The notes under the pieces were generated by a model. It saw only the letters and a program-made list of their open reading frames with translations, was not told where the DNA came from and did not search any database. Of a stretch of 42,457 nt of DNA, positions 29,805 to 39,266 are shown one piece after another. This DNA comes from a virus. Within the stretch, counting starts at the first letter, position 1; each line of letters starts with the position of its first letter. The position numbers and the translations under genes are program-made. The stretch lies in IMG/VR virus record IMGVR_UViG_3300045988_098704. One strand, 5' to 3'.

Positions 29805-30212
29805 GTGCTGAAATTTACTGTTCATTCTGACTTTTCAGGAATTGGGGAAACGCTTCGCAATGCATCTGAAAAAGCGGAACATACAGTTGCAGTTCAGGCG
29901 CAAAAGGACACATCTCCTTATGTTCCGGCTTTGACCGGATCATTAGACCGGAGGACGAGGGTGAATGAAAATCAGATTATTTATCCTGGCCCGTATGCTC
30001 GGTATCTCTACTATGGGAAATTGATGGTCGACCCAGCGACCGGGAGTAGTTACGCGCAAAAGGGCGCAATAAAGGTCTTGACAGACAAAAACCTTGTGTT
30101 CAACAAGGCTATGCACTCCCAGGCTCAGGATCATTGGTTTGAGGCCAGCAAGGCAGAAAACATGAATAAATGGTTAAGAGTGGCCAGAAAGGCGGTGAAG
30201 CGGTACGGATAG
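29805..30212 (+). CDS. Minor capsid / HK97 gp10-like neck protein
   Basis: GGAGGG SD, GTG at 29805. DTSPYVPALTGSL...YPGPYARYLYYG pattern. Confidence 0.75.
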   Translation: MLKFTVHSDFSGIGETLRNASEKAEHTVAVQAQKDTSPYVPALTGSLDRRTRVNENQIIYPGPYARYLYYGKLMVDPATGSSYAQKGAIKVLTDKNLVFNKAMHSQAQDHWFEASKAENMNKWLRVARKAVKRYG

Positions 30213-30270
30213 ACAGGAAAAACCGAAAATCCTTGCTTCCAGCGAGGAAGTCGAAAAAATTTCACGGTCT

Positions 30271-30675
30271 ATGTTGGTGTGGGCCAACACATTCCCTGAT
30301 AAGCCGGTGGCAGTCATAAAATACGAGTTTCTGGACATAGACGATGCCGCTGGAGATGAAACCGCAATGGCCCTTTCCACTATCCAGGGGACGTACATTA
30401 CCCGACAGTACATTGTTGGAGGCTATCAGGCGGAATACCAGTTCAAGCTGATCTCCCGTATCAAACCAGGAAACAGCAACAATAAGCGGCTTCAAGCAGA
30501 TGAAATGCTGAACTGTTTTGGAGACTGGGCAAGGACCCAGAAACCAGACTTGGGCGAAGGAATCAACGCCCTTAAGGTGGAGCCGACCACACAATCCTCT
30601 AAGTTTGCGGCTTATGAGGACGGCTACGAAGACTATCAAATTTTAATGAAGCTGACCTATGAGGTCGGCGTGTGA
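30271..30675 (+). CDS. Tail-completion / minor capsid-like protein; true start may lie upstream
   Basis: ORF track. The in-frame upstream peptide ILASSEEVEKISRS looks coding but has no canonical start. Confidence 0.65.
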   Translation: MLVWANTFPDKPVAVIKYEFLDIDDAAGDETAMALSTIQGTYITRQYIVGGYQAEYQFKLISRIKPGNSNNKRLQADEMLNCFGDWARTQKPDLGEGINALKVEPTTQSSKFAAYEDGYEDYQILMKLTYEVGV

Positions 30676-30688
30676 AAGGAGAACAACC

Positions 30689-31219
30689 ATGGCAGATTTG
30701 ACGTTCAACACGGTGCCCGGAGAAACCGTAGACCGCGCCTTTCTGGTACTGTACCTCAACACAGGCGAGGAAGGGACTCCAGCCTGGTCCCCGATCGGAA
30801 AGCGCGTGGAGGACAGCTCGGAAGAGTACGACTGGGGCGAGGAGAGCAAGACTGACATCTTCGGCCATATTTACACAACCATGAAGAAGCCCACCATTAC
30901 CCAGACCTTTGATCCCTGCGAGCTGGACGCCAGCGATGTCGCACAGGTGAAGATCTGGAACCTGGCTGTGAAAGAGCAAAATGCCCAGGCGCTGACCAAT
31001 ATGGATATGCTGGTGGTCCATCTATATGCCGGCACGGCAAAAACTGCGGTCTTTGCTGAGCGATATTCCGCCTGCTCTATCAAGCCCTCCGGTCTGGGGG
31101 GAGAGGGCGGCGGAAACATCGGGATGCCCATCGATGTTACATTTGGAGGAACTCGCACCACCGGGACTGCCGCCGTGAAAGACAGCACGGTGACCTTCTC
31201 CCCGGATTCGGAGGGATGA
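30689..31219 (+). CDS. Major tail protein (phi13/TP901-1-like)
   Basis: AAAGGAG SD, ATG at 30689; size and synteny. Confidence 0.8.
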   Translation: MADLTFNTVPGETVDRAFLVLYLNTGEEGTPAWSPIGKRVEDSSEEYDWGEESKTDIFGHIYTTMKKPTITQTFDPCELDASDVAQVKIWNLAVKEQNAQALTNMDMLVVHLYAGTAKTAVFAERYSACSIKPSGLGGEGGGNIGMPIDVTFGGTRTTGTAAVKDSTVTFSPDSEG

Positions 31220-31224
31220 AGAAT

Positions 31225-31653
31225 ATGAACGACGTGAAATCCCTGAACTTTGAAAGTGGTCTGGTTACTTACAATATCAATGGGAAGTGCCAAGTATCTT
31301 TTAATCCAACAGACAGCAACTTCGTGGAACGTCTGTATTTGGCTTTTGAGGACCTGGATAAGAAGCAGGAAAGCTATAAAACTCAGGTTGAAAAGTTAGC
31401 GGATAAGAGGGAAATCTTTGATTTTGCCAGAGAACGGGATGTGGAGATGCGTCAGGTCATCGACGGGCTGTTCGATGCACCGGTGAGCGATTCCCTGTTT
31501 GGCGGGATGAGCGTATATGCCGTGGCTGGCGGCCTCCCCGTCTGGTGCAATCTGATGCTGGCGGTCATGGATGAAATCGACACAACCTTCTCCCGAGAGC
31601 AGAAGGCTACGAATCCCAGGATCGCCAAGTATACGGAGAAATATCACCGATGA
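31225..31653 (+). CDS. Tail assembly chaperone
   Basis: ORF 31216..31653. SD spacing favours the ATG at 31225; synteny. Confidence 0.65.
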   Translation: MNDVKSLNFESGLVTYNINGKCQVSFNPTDSNFVERLYLAFEDLDKKQESYKTQVEKLADKREIFDFARERDVEMRQVIDGLFDAPVSDSLFGGMSVYAVAGGLPVWCNLMLAVMDEIDTTFSREQKATNPRIAKYTEKYHR

Positions 31654-32204
31654 TCTATGATCTTCCCACCTCCGTTGAGGTCCATGGCACGGTCTATGAG
31701 ATCCGCTCTGATTACCGTTCAATTCTGGATATTTGCATGGCTTTGGAGGACCCGGAGCTTGGAAGCCAGGAAAAATCTTTTGTCCTGCTGGACATTTTCT
31801 ATTCGGACTTTGCAGATATGCCGGAGGAGCACTATCAGGAGGCTGTGCAAAAATGTATCTGGTTTATCAACTGCGGAGAGGAAGGCGAGGCGAGGAAATC
31901 ACCAAAACTGGTTGACTGGGGACAGGACTTCAAACTGATCGTCGCCCCAGTCAACCGGATCTTAGGACTGGAAGCAAGAGCAGAGAAATACCTGCACTGG
32001 TGGTCCTTCATCTCTGCTTATTACGAAATTGGGGAATGTCTATTCGCACAGGTGATCCGGATCCGGGAGAAAAAGGCTAAGGGTAAGCCACTGGACAAGT
32101 CTGACCGGGAATTTTATCGAAAAAATCGGAGTATGGTTGACTTAAAAGTCACATACACCGCGGAGGAAGAAAATGTGTTGAAGGCATGGACCGGCGGGAA
32201 TTGA
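31650..32204 (+). CDS. Gp15-family phage protein (second chaperone-like gene before the tape measure)
   Basis: MIYDLPTSVEVHGTVYEIRSDYRSILDI resembles the Phage_Gp15 family N-terminus. Confidence 0.7.
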   Translation: MIYDLPTSVEVHGTVYEIRSDYRSILDICMALEDPELGSQEKSFVLLDIFYSDFADMPEEHYQEAVQKCIWFINCGEEGEARKSPKLVDWGQDFKLIVAPVNRILGLEARAEKYLHWWSFISAYYEIGECLFAQVIRIREKKAKGKPLDKSDREFYRKNRSMVDLKVTYTAEEENVLKAWTGGN

Positions 32205-32240
32205 TGCAGGACTGTCCAAGTATAGAAAGCAGGTGAAACA

Positions 32241-34820
32241 ATGGCAAGTGCAGATGGCTCTATTGTCATCACAACCGAAGTAGATGACAAAAAGGCAAGT
32301 CGGGAGCTGGACAAGCTTACGAAGAAAATTGAAAAGTTGGAGCAGTCCCTGGCCTCAGATCAAGCCCAAAGAGGGGGAATCCAGAGAGAACTGGAGGCAG
32401 CCAAGCAAGCCGCGGGAGAAACGATCAACACGGTGGAGCGTCTGAAGAAGGAATTGGCCTCTGCACAAAATGTTATCTCAGGTGGCACTCCGACTGATCC
32501 AACCTCTTATATCTCAGCTTTGGAGCGCCAAAAAAGGCTCACCACAGAGCTGAAGGAACAGGAGTCAATACTCCAGCAGCAGGACAAGGATGTTCAACGC
32601 CTGGATGCACAGTACACCAAGCTTACTGACAAGGCCATACAGGAGGCCGAGGCCCTTGAGCGGGCCAAGGATCAGGCTGGAGAATTGCATCAAAAGATGG
32701 CTTCCGCAGAGCCGAGCAGCGAAAAAATGGCAAAGTCCATAGAAAAGGCACAAAAAAGTGCAACCAGATTTTCGCTCCGTCTTCGGGAGGTGATCCGAAG
32801 CGCACTCGTTTTTACGCTGATCAGTCAGGGGCTGGCATCCTTTCGCAGCTGGCTTGGAAAGGTAATTAAGAGCAATGATGAGGCATCAGCAGCGATAAAC
32901 AGGCTGAAAGCGGCCCTTCTGACCATGGCTCAGCCATTGGTGGATGTGATTCTCCCAGCCTTCACAAAATTTGTAAACATCCTGACCAGCGTTGTGATGC
33001 TGACTGCAAAAATGCTCTCTGCCATGTTCGGAAAAACATTGGAAGAATCAAAAGAGTCAGCAGAGAATCTGAATCAGGAGACTGAGGCAATAGAGGGAAC
33101 AGGGGATGCAGCTAAAAAGGCAAGCAAATCCCTAGCCTCATTTGACGAGATCAATAAGCTGTCCGGTGGGGCAAACCAGAGCAAAGACAACCAGGGTGGT
33201 GGCCCTGATTTTGATGGGTTGGGGGAACAGTCTAAATGGCTGGAGGGCATGATGAACAAGGTGGCGGCCTGGGTTCCGGTCGCTATGCTCTTGGGCGGAA
33301 TTGCTTTAGTCGCCATCGGGGCATCCATGGGGTCCCTTCCTCTGGTGGCGGCTGGCCTGCTTCTGCTTGCGTATGGAGGAACGCTCGCTTCAGACAATGA
33401 AGAGCTTCAATCCTGGGTAGACAAACTTGGCTTGGATAGTGTACAAGAGTTTGTAGTCCTAGCAATAATGCTGGGCGGAATCGCAATGGTAGCGATTGGA
33501 GCCATGACCGGAAATATTTTGCTGGTGATGGCCGGCTTAATGCTCATCGGCGCGGCGGTGGTCTATGCTCATGCCTCCGGAATGCTGGAAGATTGGGCGG
33601 AGAAGTTGGGCTTATCCAGGGCTGCGCAGTATGTTACAGCGGCGCTCCTGATTGCAGGATTTGCCTTGGTTTGTATCGGAGCGGCAAAGGGCAATATTCT
33701 GATGGTTATTTCCGGGCTGACTCTGTTGGCAGTTGGAATCTATGTTGGAACGCAGAGTGGTGTTATAAGCGATTGGGCAAAAAAACTGGGTCTTGATTCT
33801 GCCCTTGACTATGTGGCGGCGGCCCTTCAAGTTGCCGGATTTGCTTTAATCTGCATTGGGGCCGCCAAGGGAAGCATCCTGGCGGTCATCGCTGGAGCAG
33901 CTCTCCTTGGGGTTGGGATTGTCCTAGATGTTGTAGATGAGCAGACATTAACTGCCTGGTGGGAAAAGCTGCAGCTGACCACGGTTATGCAGTGGATCAC
34001 GGTCGCGCTCATGCTCGCCGGAATCACAATGATTGCTATTGGTGCAGCCACAGCAAATATGATACTTCTGCTTGTGGGAGCCGGACTTCTTGGTGTAGGC
34101 TTGGCGCTTGGGGAGAGAAACGATACACTGAAAAGTTGGGTGGAAACGCTTGGCCTAGATCAGGTCATTGGTTGGGTTTCGGTTGCCCTGATGCTGGTTG
34201 GTATTGGATTGGTGGGAGTTGGCCTTTCAATTGGGAATATCTTTGCGTTTCTGGCAGGAGCAGCCATGCTGTTGGGCGGACTTGCGATAGGGGCGGAGAG
34301 TGGAACTTTTGGAAGTTGGGTAGAGGCATTGCATCTGCAGGAGGTAGCCGGATGGGTATCCACGGCTATGCTTCTGGCAGGGATTGCCATGGTTGCAATT
34401 GGAGCCACAACGACAAATATCGGCCTTATTATGGCTGGCCTTGCGCTCCTGGGTGGCGGAACCGCATTGAAGATGGGTAGCAATTCACTCAAGCGTGGCA
34501 GTGGTTTTTCAAAGGCAGCTCTAGCCTCCATGCCATCCATTTCCTCCTATCCGATACCGGCGCTAGCCTCTGGCGCAGTTATCCCACCGAACAGGGAATT
34601 TCTGGCTGTGTTGGGGGACCAGACAAGAGGGACAAACATCGAGGCTCCTATCTCCGAGATCGAGGCAGCTGTGGCCCGCGGCATTCAGCGCGCTGGTGGA
34701 ACTGGAGGCGGCGATACCACTGTTATTTTGGAGGTTGACCGTCAGGTGTTGGGCCGGGTTACTTATCGAGCCAACCAGGCCGAGAGCCGCCGGGTTGGTG
34801 TGGAACTGGTGGAGGTGTAA
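32241..34820 (+). CDS. Tape measure protein
   Basis: 859 aa. N-terminal coiled coil, a repeated hydrophobic middle region, position before Dit/Tal. Confidence 0.9.
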   Translation: MASADGSIVITTEVDDKKASRELDKLTKKIEKLEQSLASDQAQRGGIQRELEAAKQAAGETINTVERLKKELASAQNVISGGTPTDPTSYISALERQKRLTTELKEQESILQQQDKDVQRLDAQYTKLTDKAIQEAEALERAKDQAGELHQKMASAEPSSEKMAKSIEKAQKSATRFSLRLREVIRSALVFTLISQGLASFRSWLGKVIKSNDEASAAINRLKAALLTMAQPLVDVILPAFTKFVNILTSVVMLTAKMLSAMFGKTLEESKESAENLNQETEAIEGTGDAAKKASKSLASFDEINKLSGGANQSKDNQGGGPDFDGLGEQSKWLEGMMNKVAAWVPVAMLLGGIALVAIGASMGSLPLVAAGLLLLAYGGTLASDNEELQSWVDKLGLDSVQEFVVLAIMLGGIAMVAIGAMTGNILLVMAGLMLIGAAVVYAHASGMLEDWAEKLGLSRAAQYVTAALLIAGFALVCIGAAKGNILMVISGLTLLAVGIYVGTQSGVISDWAKKLGLDSALDYVAAALQVAGFALICIGAAKGSILAVIAGAALLGVGIVLDVVDEQTLTAWWEKLQLTTVMQWITVALMLAGITMIAIGAATANMILLLVGAGLLGVGLALGERNDTLKSWVETLGLDQVIGWVSVALMLVGIGLVGVGLSIGNIFAFLAGAAMLLGGLAIGAESGTFGSWVEALHLQEVAGWVSTAMLLAGIAMVAIGATTTNIGLIMAGLALLGGGTALKMGSNSLKRGSGFSKAALASMPSISSYPIPALASGAVIPPNREFLAVLGDQTRGTNIEAPISEIEAAVARGIQRAGGTGGGDTTVILEVDRQVLGRVTYRANQAESRRVGVELVEV
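33255..34485 (+). repeat. About seven tandem ~180-bp (~60-aa) diverged repeats inside the tape measure gene, each encoding W-x-x-K/T-L-G-L plus two hydrophobic helices
   Basis: Repeat-initial Trp codons at 33414, 33594, 33774, 33960, 34137 and 34317 (periods of 177-186 nt). Confidence 0.8.
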
Positions 34821-34821
34821 T

Positions 34822-35217
34822 GTGAGTTACATAAAACTCAATGGAGTAGAATTCGATGCAAAGGTAGCTATCTCCACTTATAACCGGAATTTCAATGTAC
34901 TTGACGGGGACAACGCCGGAAGGGTGATGAGTGGCCGCATGGTCCGGGACATAATTGGGACCTATATCGGGCATAAGATCACCGTATTCCGCCGGGGAGA
35001 AAACCAAGCTGGACTGGACGAGTTTTGGGATTATCTGGTCGCGCACTCTGTGGATGAATCCGTTCAGTTGGAAGCGGCTGACGGACAAACTGTACTGTCC
35101 TATGAGGCATATTACACCAGCGCATCGCAGGACCTGGAGAAAGTAGAGGCTGGAGTAAACTACTGGGGAGAAATTCAAGTGAACTTTATCCCCATGGAGG
35201 CACAAATCGCGCCATAG
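34822..35217 (+). CDS. Distal tail protein-like (short)
   Basis: GGAGG SD, GTG at 34822, in frame with ORF 34696..35217; synteny. Confidence 0.55.
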   Translation: MSYIKLNGVEFDAKVAISTYNRNFNVLDGDNAGRVMSGRMVRDIIGTYIGHKITVFRRGENQAGLDEFWDYLVAHSVDESVQLEAADGQTVLSYEAYYTSASQDLEKVEAGVNYWGEIQVNFIPMEAQIAP

Positions 35218-35231
35218 CATGGGAGGGTCTT

Positions 35232-37514
35232 ATGGCAAACAAAAGCAAGATTTTATATGACGGTCGAGTTTTTTCCGGTCTGGACATCAAGGGCGGGAAA
35301 ATGCACATTGCCACGTCTCTGTTGTCCTCCTCTCTGGAGGCAAACACGTTTTCGCCTGTGATCAAGAGTGATGACCGGACCTTGGTGGAGTTCAAACGCA
35401 ACACACCTATGATCTACTTTTACAATGACAGGCAAAAAGGCGTGTTTTATGTCCAGGACGTCCAGCGTACGGGACCAGACCTGTACCAATTCTCTGCCAC
35501 ATCGGCCATTGGACTACTTAGTGATGGACAGCACTATGGCGGGATCTATACTGGCCAGACAGTGTCTGAACTGTTGCCTGGGCTGTGCGGCACGGTCCCA
35601 TATGCCGTCAAAAGCAATCTGGAGGGCATCAAACTGTATGGCTGGCTTCCGGTATCCTCTCCCCGGGACAACCTGGCCCAGGTGCTCTTTGCAATTGGGG
35701 CGACAGTCAAAAACGATTTGGACGGCGTGCTTCGAATCGAGACTCTATGGAACGGGATCAGCGGAGACATGGGCCGTGGACGGATGTATCAGGGGCCTTC
35801 CGTCAAATACGGATCCGAGGTCACCCGGGTTATTGTAACGGAGCATCAGTATGTAGAGGGCGGAGATGAAAAAAAGCTATTTGAGGGCACAGCACAGCAA
35901 GGAGACATCATTACATTTGACGGGCCTATGTATGGGCTGAAGGTGTCCGGCTTTTCCATTTTGGAGCATGGAGCCAACTACGCTAAGGTATCTGCTGGGT
36001 CTGGAACACTCACTGGACATGAATACGTCCACAACACCAGGGAGGTATACAAGGACGTATCCACCGCACAGGAACCAAACGTCAAAACTGCAAAAAACGC
36101 CACACTGGTTTCCTTGGTCAATTCCAACGCTGTGGCTCAGCGCATGGCCAACTACTTTCAGTGGGTTGAGACAATACAGACTTCCTCTGTCTATCTAGGG
36201 GAGAATCCAGGGAACCGTCTGGCCGTATGGCACCCATACAACGAAATTGGGGTCACAGCCTGCTTAGAATCTGCCGACATCAACCTGTCCAACACCCTAA
36301 AGGCCGATGAGAGCCTTTTGGTTGGGTTTATACCGCCCAAAGAAGAACAGATTGTGACCTATGATAATCATGAGCTGTTGACGGGGAACGGAACCTGGAC
36401 CGTCCCAGAAGGGGTTACAGAAGTGGTTGCTGTTCTGATTGGCGGCGGTGGAGCTGGCCATAATGGCAGTGCAGGAACCGGCGGGTTTTATGGTGGGTTT
36501 GGCGAGAATACATACAAGAGCGAAGAAATCCAAATCACAAGAAATGATACAGAAGGGAAGGTCTACTCCAAATCTACCTCTTGTACATCTGGTGGAAGCA
36601 CGACCGACAATGGCACTGGTGGATCCGGGGGTGCAGCCGGGACCCCAGGCAATGTGTTGCAAACAACGATTTCTGTTACAGCAGGAGAGCAAATATCTTT
36701 TTCCTGCGGATTTGGCGGACAGACAAATGGGCAGAACGGTGGCAACACCACTTTTGGAGCAGAATCATCTGCGTCCGGGTCGGCAACATCGACCGGGTAT
36801 ACCGATGTTGTAACCGGTGTGACCTACGCCAAAGCTGGAACGGCAGGCGAGAAGGGAGGCGATGGTGGTGTTCCTGGGAATAGCGGGAGCAGTGCCGGAG
36901 GTGCCTCTGGAGGATCTGGAGTCCGGTCCAGAAGCTACGATGACTCAGGGACCGATTCTGCAAGTAATACTATATACTCAGCTAAGTATTCCGCCAGTGC
37001 CAGCGGAAGTGTGGCTGGAGCCGGCGGAGGCGGCGCAGGCGGTCAAGCAAGCGGGAAAAACGGGTCTTCTGGAGGAGGCGCATCAAATGGGTCATTCAGT
37101 TTCAGGCTATCAGAAAATACCGCCAACGGCACATTGAGAGCGCCCGTTCCAGGCGACGGCGGAGCTGGAGCATCTGGAAACAAGGGGGAGTCCTATGGGA
37201 GTTCTGGTGATGGCGGAGGAGGCGGAGGAGGTGGAGGAGCCGCTGGTTCCAGCAGCCTGACCACCCGACAATCGGCAAATGTCACCGTTAAAACACCGCC
37301 TACTTCCTCAACTTATAGACTCCCCATCTATGCCTATGTTCGTACTTACGATAACTACGCTGGTAGTGGAGGAGCAGGCGGCTCCGGCGGAGCTGGGGCG
37401 GATGGCTGCATTATTTTGTACTATGGCGTACGAAAGAAGTTGGCTTCCGGCCAACTCAAAGACAAAAACGATCTATCCATCTTAGACCGCCTGGGCCGCA
37501 GGATCATTGTATAA
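35232..37514 (+). CDS. Tail-associated (Tal/prophage tail endopeptidase-like) protein with C-terminal glycine-rich domain
   Basis: 760 aa, position after Dit. C-terminal TWTVPEGVTEVVAVLIGGGGAGHNG and long G/S/A-rich tracts. Confidence 0.8.
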   Translation: MANKSKILYDGRVFSGLDIKGGKMHIATSLLSSSLEANTFSPVIKSDDRTLVEFKRNTPMIYFYNDRQKGVFYVQDVQRTGPDLYQFSATSAIGLLSDGQHYGGIYTGQTVSELLPGLCGTVPYAVKSNLEGIKLYGWLPVSSPRDNLAQVLFAIGATVKNDLDGVLRIETLWNGISGDMGRGRMYQGPSVKYGSEVTRVIVTEHQYVEGGDEKKLFEGTAQQGDIITFDGPMYGLKVSGFSILEHGANYAKVSAGSGTLTGHEYVHNTREVYKDVSTAQEPNVKTAKNATLVSLVNSNAVAQRMANYFQWVETIQTSSVYLGENPGNRLAVWHPYNEIGVTACLESADINLSNTLKADESLLVGFIPPKEEQIVTYDNHELLTGNGTWTVPEGVTEVVAVLIGGGGAGHNGSAGTGGFYGGFGENTYKSEEIQITRNDTEGKVYSKSTSCTSGGSTTDNGTGGSGGAAGTPGNVLQTTISVTAGEQISFSCGFGGQTNGQNGGNTTFGAESSASGSATSTGYTDVVTGVTYAKAGTAGEKGGDGGVPGNSGSSAGGASGGSGVRSRSYDDSGTDSASNTIYSAKYSASASGSVAGAGGGGAGGQASGKNGSSGGGASNGSFSFRLSENTANGTLRAPVPGDGGAGASGNKGESYGSSGDGGGGGGGGGAAGSSSLTTRQSANVTVKTPPTSSTYRLPIYAYVRTYDNYAGSGGAGGSGGAGADGCIILYYGVRKKLASGQLKDKNDLSILDRLGRRIIV

Positions 37515-37527
37515 GGGGGAGGACAAC

Positions 37528-37704
37528 ATGACACAAGAACAGCGCCTGGATGCGCTGGAGCGTCAGGTATTGACGCTGACAGAGCGGGTGTCAATGAAGG
37601 CAGCTGCGGAGGAACCCACAGAATATTACACCAGCCGGTATTCTGGCGAAGAGATCGACTCCCTGCTGGACTGGGTCAAGGCCCAGCAGGGCAAAACCAC
37701 ATGA
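37528..37704 (+). CDS. Hypothetical small coiled-coil protein
   Basis: GGGGGAGG SD, ATG at 37528. Confidence 0.55.
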   Translation: MTQEQRLDALERQVLTLTERVSMKAAAEEPTEYYTSRYSGEEIDSLLDWVKAQQGKTT

Positions 37705-37718
37705 TTGGAGGGGCATCT

Positions 37719-38366
37719 ATGCTGTATCTCAAAGATTGGCGGGTATGCACTCCTCCTGGGTTTTCCCTGGGCTTCGAGGGAGATAATCTGGCCGTTACCT
37801 TGGCACTGGACACAGATCTGCCGGAGGGCTGGGACCTAAAGCTGGATGTGGAAAAAGAGGGAAAGAAAAACATCATCCAGCTTGAGCGGAGTGGTCAGGT
37901 TTACTCCGTCCAGCTCACATCATCCATGCTGGCCTCCGGCGGTCTATACCTGTTACAGGTCCGCGGGACACTGGGCGAGCAGATCCGGCACAGCAATCAG
38001 TTTTATGCCGCTGTGCATCACAGCATCAATGCGGTAGACGCTTTCCCGCCTCCACTCCCCTCTGAATTTGAGCAAATGGAGGACCGTCTGACAGACATCA
38101 ATAACCATCCCCCCAGGCCGGGCTCAAACGGATTTTGGCAGATCTACGACCCTGATACCGGTGAATATGTCCCATCCGACATCCCCTTGCCGGATGGAGG
38201 CGGCGGGACAGGATATGTTATTGGCCACGGACTAAAGATTACTGGAGGCACCACTCTGGAGGTGGATGCGGTCAACAACTTTGCTGGGGACAATACTCTG
38301 CCTATCACAGCGGCGGCAGTACAAGAAACCGTTGGAAACATTGAGATCCTGTTAGGGACGATTTGA
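37719..38366 (+). CDS. Baseplate/fibre-associated hypothetical protein
   Basis: ORF 37701..38366. GGAGGGG SD favours the ATG at 37719. Confidence 0.7.
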   Translation: MLYLKDWRVCTPPGFSLGFEGDNLAVTLALDTDLPEGWDLKLDVEKEGKKNIIQLERSGQVYSVQLTSSMLASGGLYLLQVRGTLGEQIRHSNQFYAAVHHSINAVDAFPPPLPSEFEQMEDRLTDINNHPPRPGSNGFWQIYDPDTGEYVPSDIPLPDGGGGTGYVIGHGLKITGGTTLEVDAVNNFAGDNTLPITAAAVQETVGNIEILLGTI

Positions 38367-38379
38367 AAGGAGAATGAAT

Positions 38380-39255
38380 ATGAGCATATCAACTGAAATT
38401 ACCAGAATCCAAACTGCAAGAAATACCATTCGGGCAAAGGCTGTCGAGTTGGGCATTGGAACCGGGACCGATACCTTGGATAAACTGGCAACCGCTATTG
38501 AGGGCATTGAGAACAGAGGTGCCGTGTCCGCAGAAGTCCAGGAGGGTGCTACCTACACCATCCCCAAAGGCTATCACAACGGCTCCGGTACAGTCTCCGG
38601 CGTGGCTGGCGGCGGTAACTACAAGTTGCAGAGCAAGACCGCAACGCCTACAAAGGCTCAGCAGAATATCACCCCTGATTCTGGCTTCTATGGCCTGTCT
38701 GATGTGACTGTCAGTCCGATCCCTGATACCTATCAAGATGTGTCTGCTGTGACTGCTGGTGCTGGGGATGTCCTTACTGGCAAGATCATCGTAGATAAGA
38801 CCGGAAAGGTCACCACGGGTACGATGCCCAACAACGGAACAGTCACACAGACGCTGACTACAGCAGCCCCGTCTTACACTGTTCCCAAAGGCTTCCATAG
38901 CGGAACGGGTGTTGTTAAGATCGTGCCTGAGACGAAGACGGCTACTCCCACGAAGAGCGCACAGACCATTGAGCCGACTGAGGGCAAGGTTCTGTCCTCT
39001 GTTGAGGTTGCGGCAATCCCTGAGGCATTCCAGGATGTTACCGGCGTCACCGCCGTGGCTGGAGATGTGCTGACTGGCAAAAAGATTGTGTCTGCAAATG
39101 GAACGCTGGTAACTGGCTCCATGGCAAACAACGGGTCTGTCGCTGGGACCATTGACGGACTCACACAGACGTCCTATACAGTCCTGGCGGGTTATACCTC
39201 CGGCGGTACGGTCAGCCTCTCTGGGGACATCGAGGAAGCCCTTGCGGCGATTTGA
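38380..39255 (+). CDS. Tail fibre-like protein with two ~100-aa internal repeats
   Basis: ORF 38374..39255. Repeated KTATPTK...DVLTGK...TGTMPNNG / TGSMANNG modules. Confidence 0.75.
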   Translation: MSISTEITRIQTARNTIRAKAVELGIGTGTDTLDKLATAIEGIENRGAVSAEVQEGATYTIPKGYHNGSGTVSGVAGGGNYKLQSKTATPTKAQQNITPDSGFYGLSDVTVSPIPDTYQDVSAVTAGAGDVLTGKIIVDKTGKVTTGTMPNNGTVTQTLTTAAPSYTVPKGFHSGTGVVKIVPETKTATPTKSAQTIEPTEGKVLSSVEVAAIPEAFQDVTGVTAVAGDVLTGKKIVSANGTLVTGSMANNGSVAGTIDGLTQTSYTVLAGYTSGGTVSLSGDIEEALAAI

Positions 39256-39266
39256 GGAGGTGCGGT

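Noticed and set aside
31225-32204. Classic G/GT -1 frameshift between the two chaperone genes before the tape measure.
   Set aside because: The two ORFs are joined by an ATGA start/stop overlap, and the second has its own start. No slippery heptamer was seen near the end of the first ORF.
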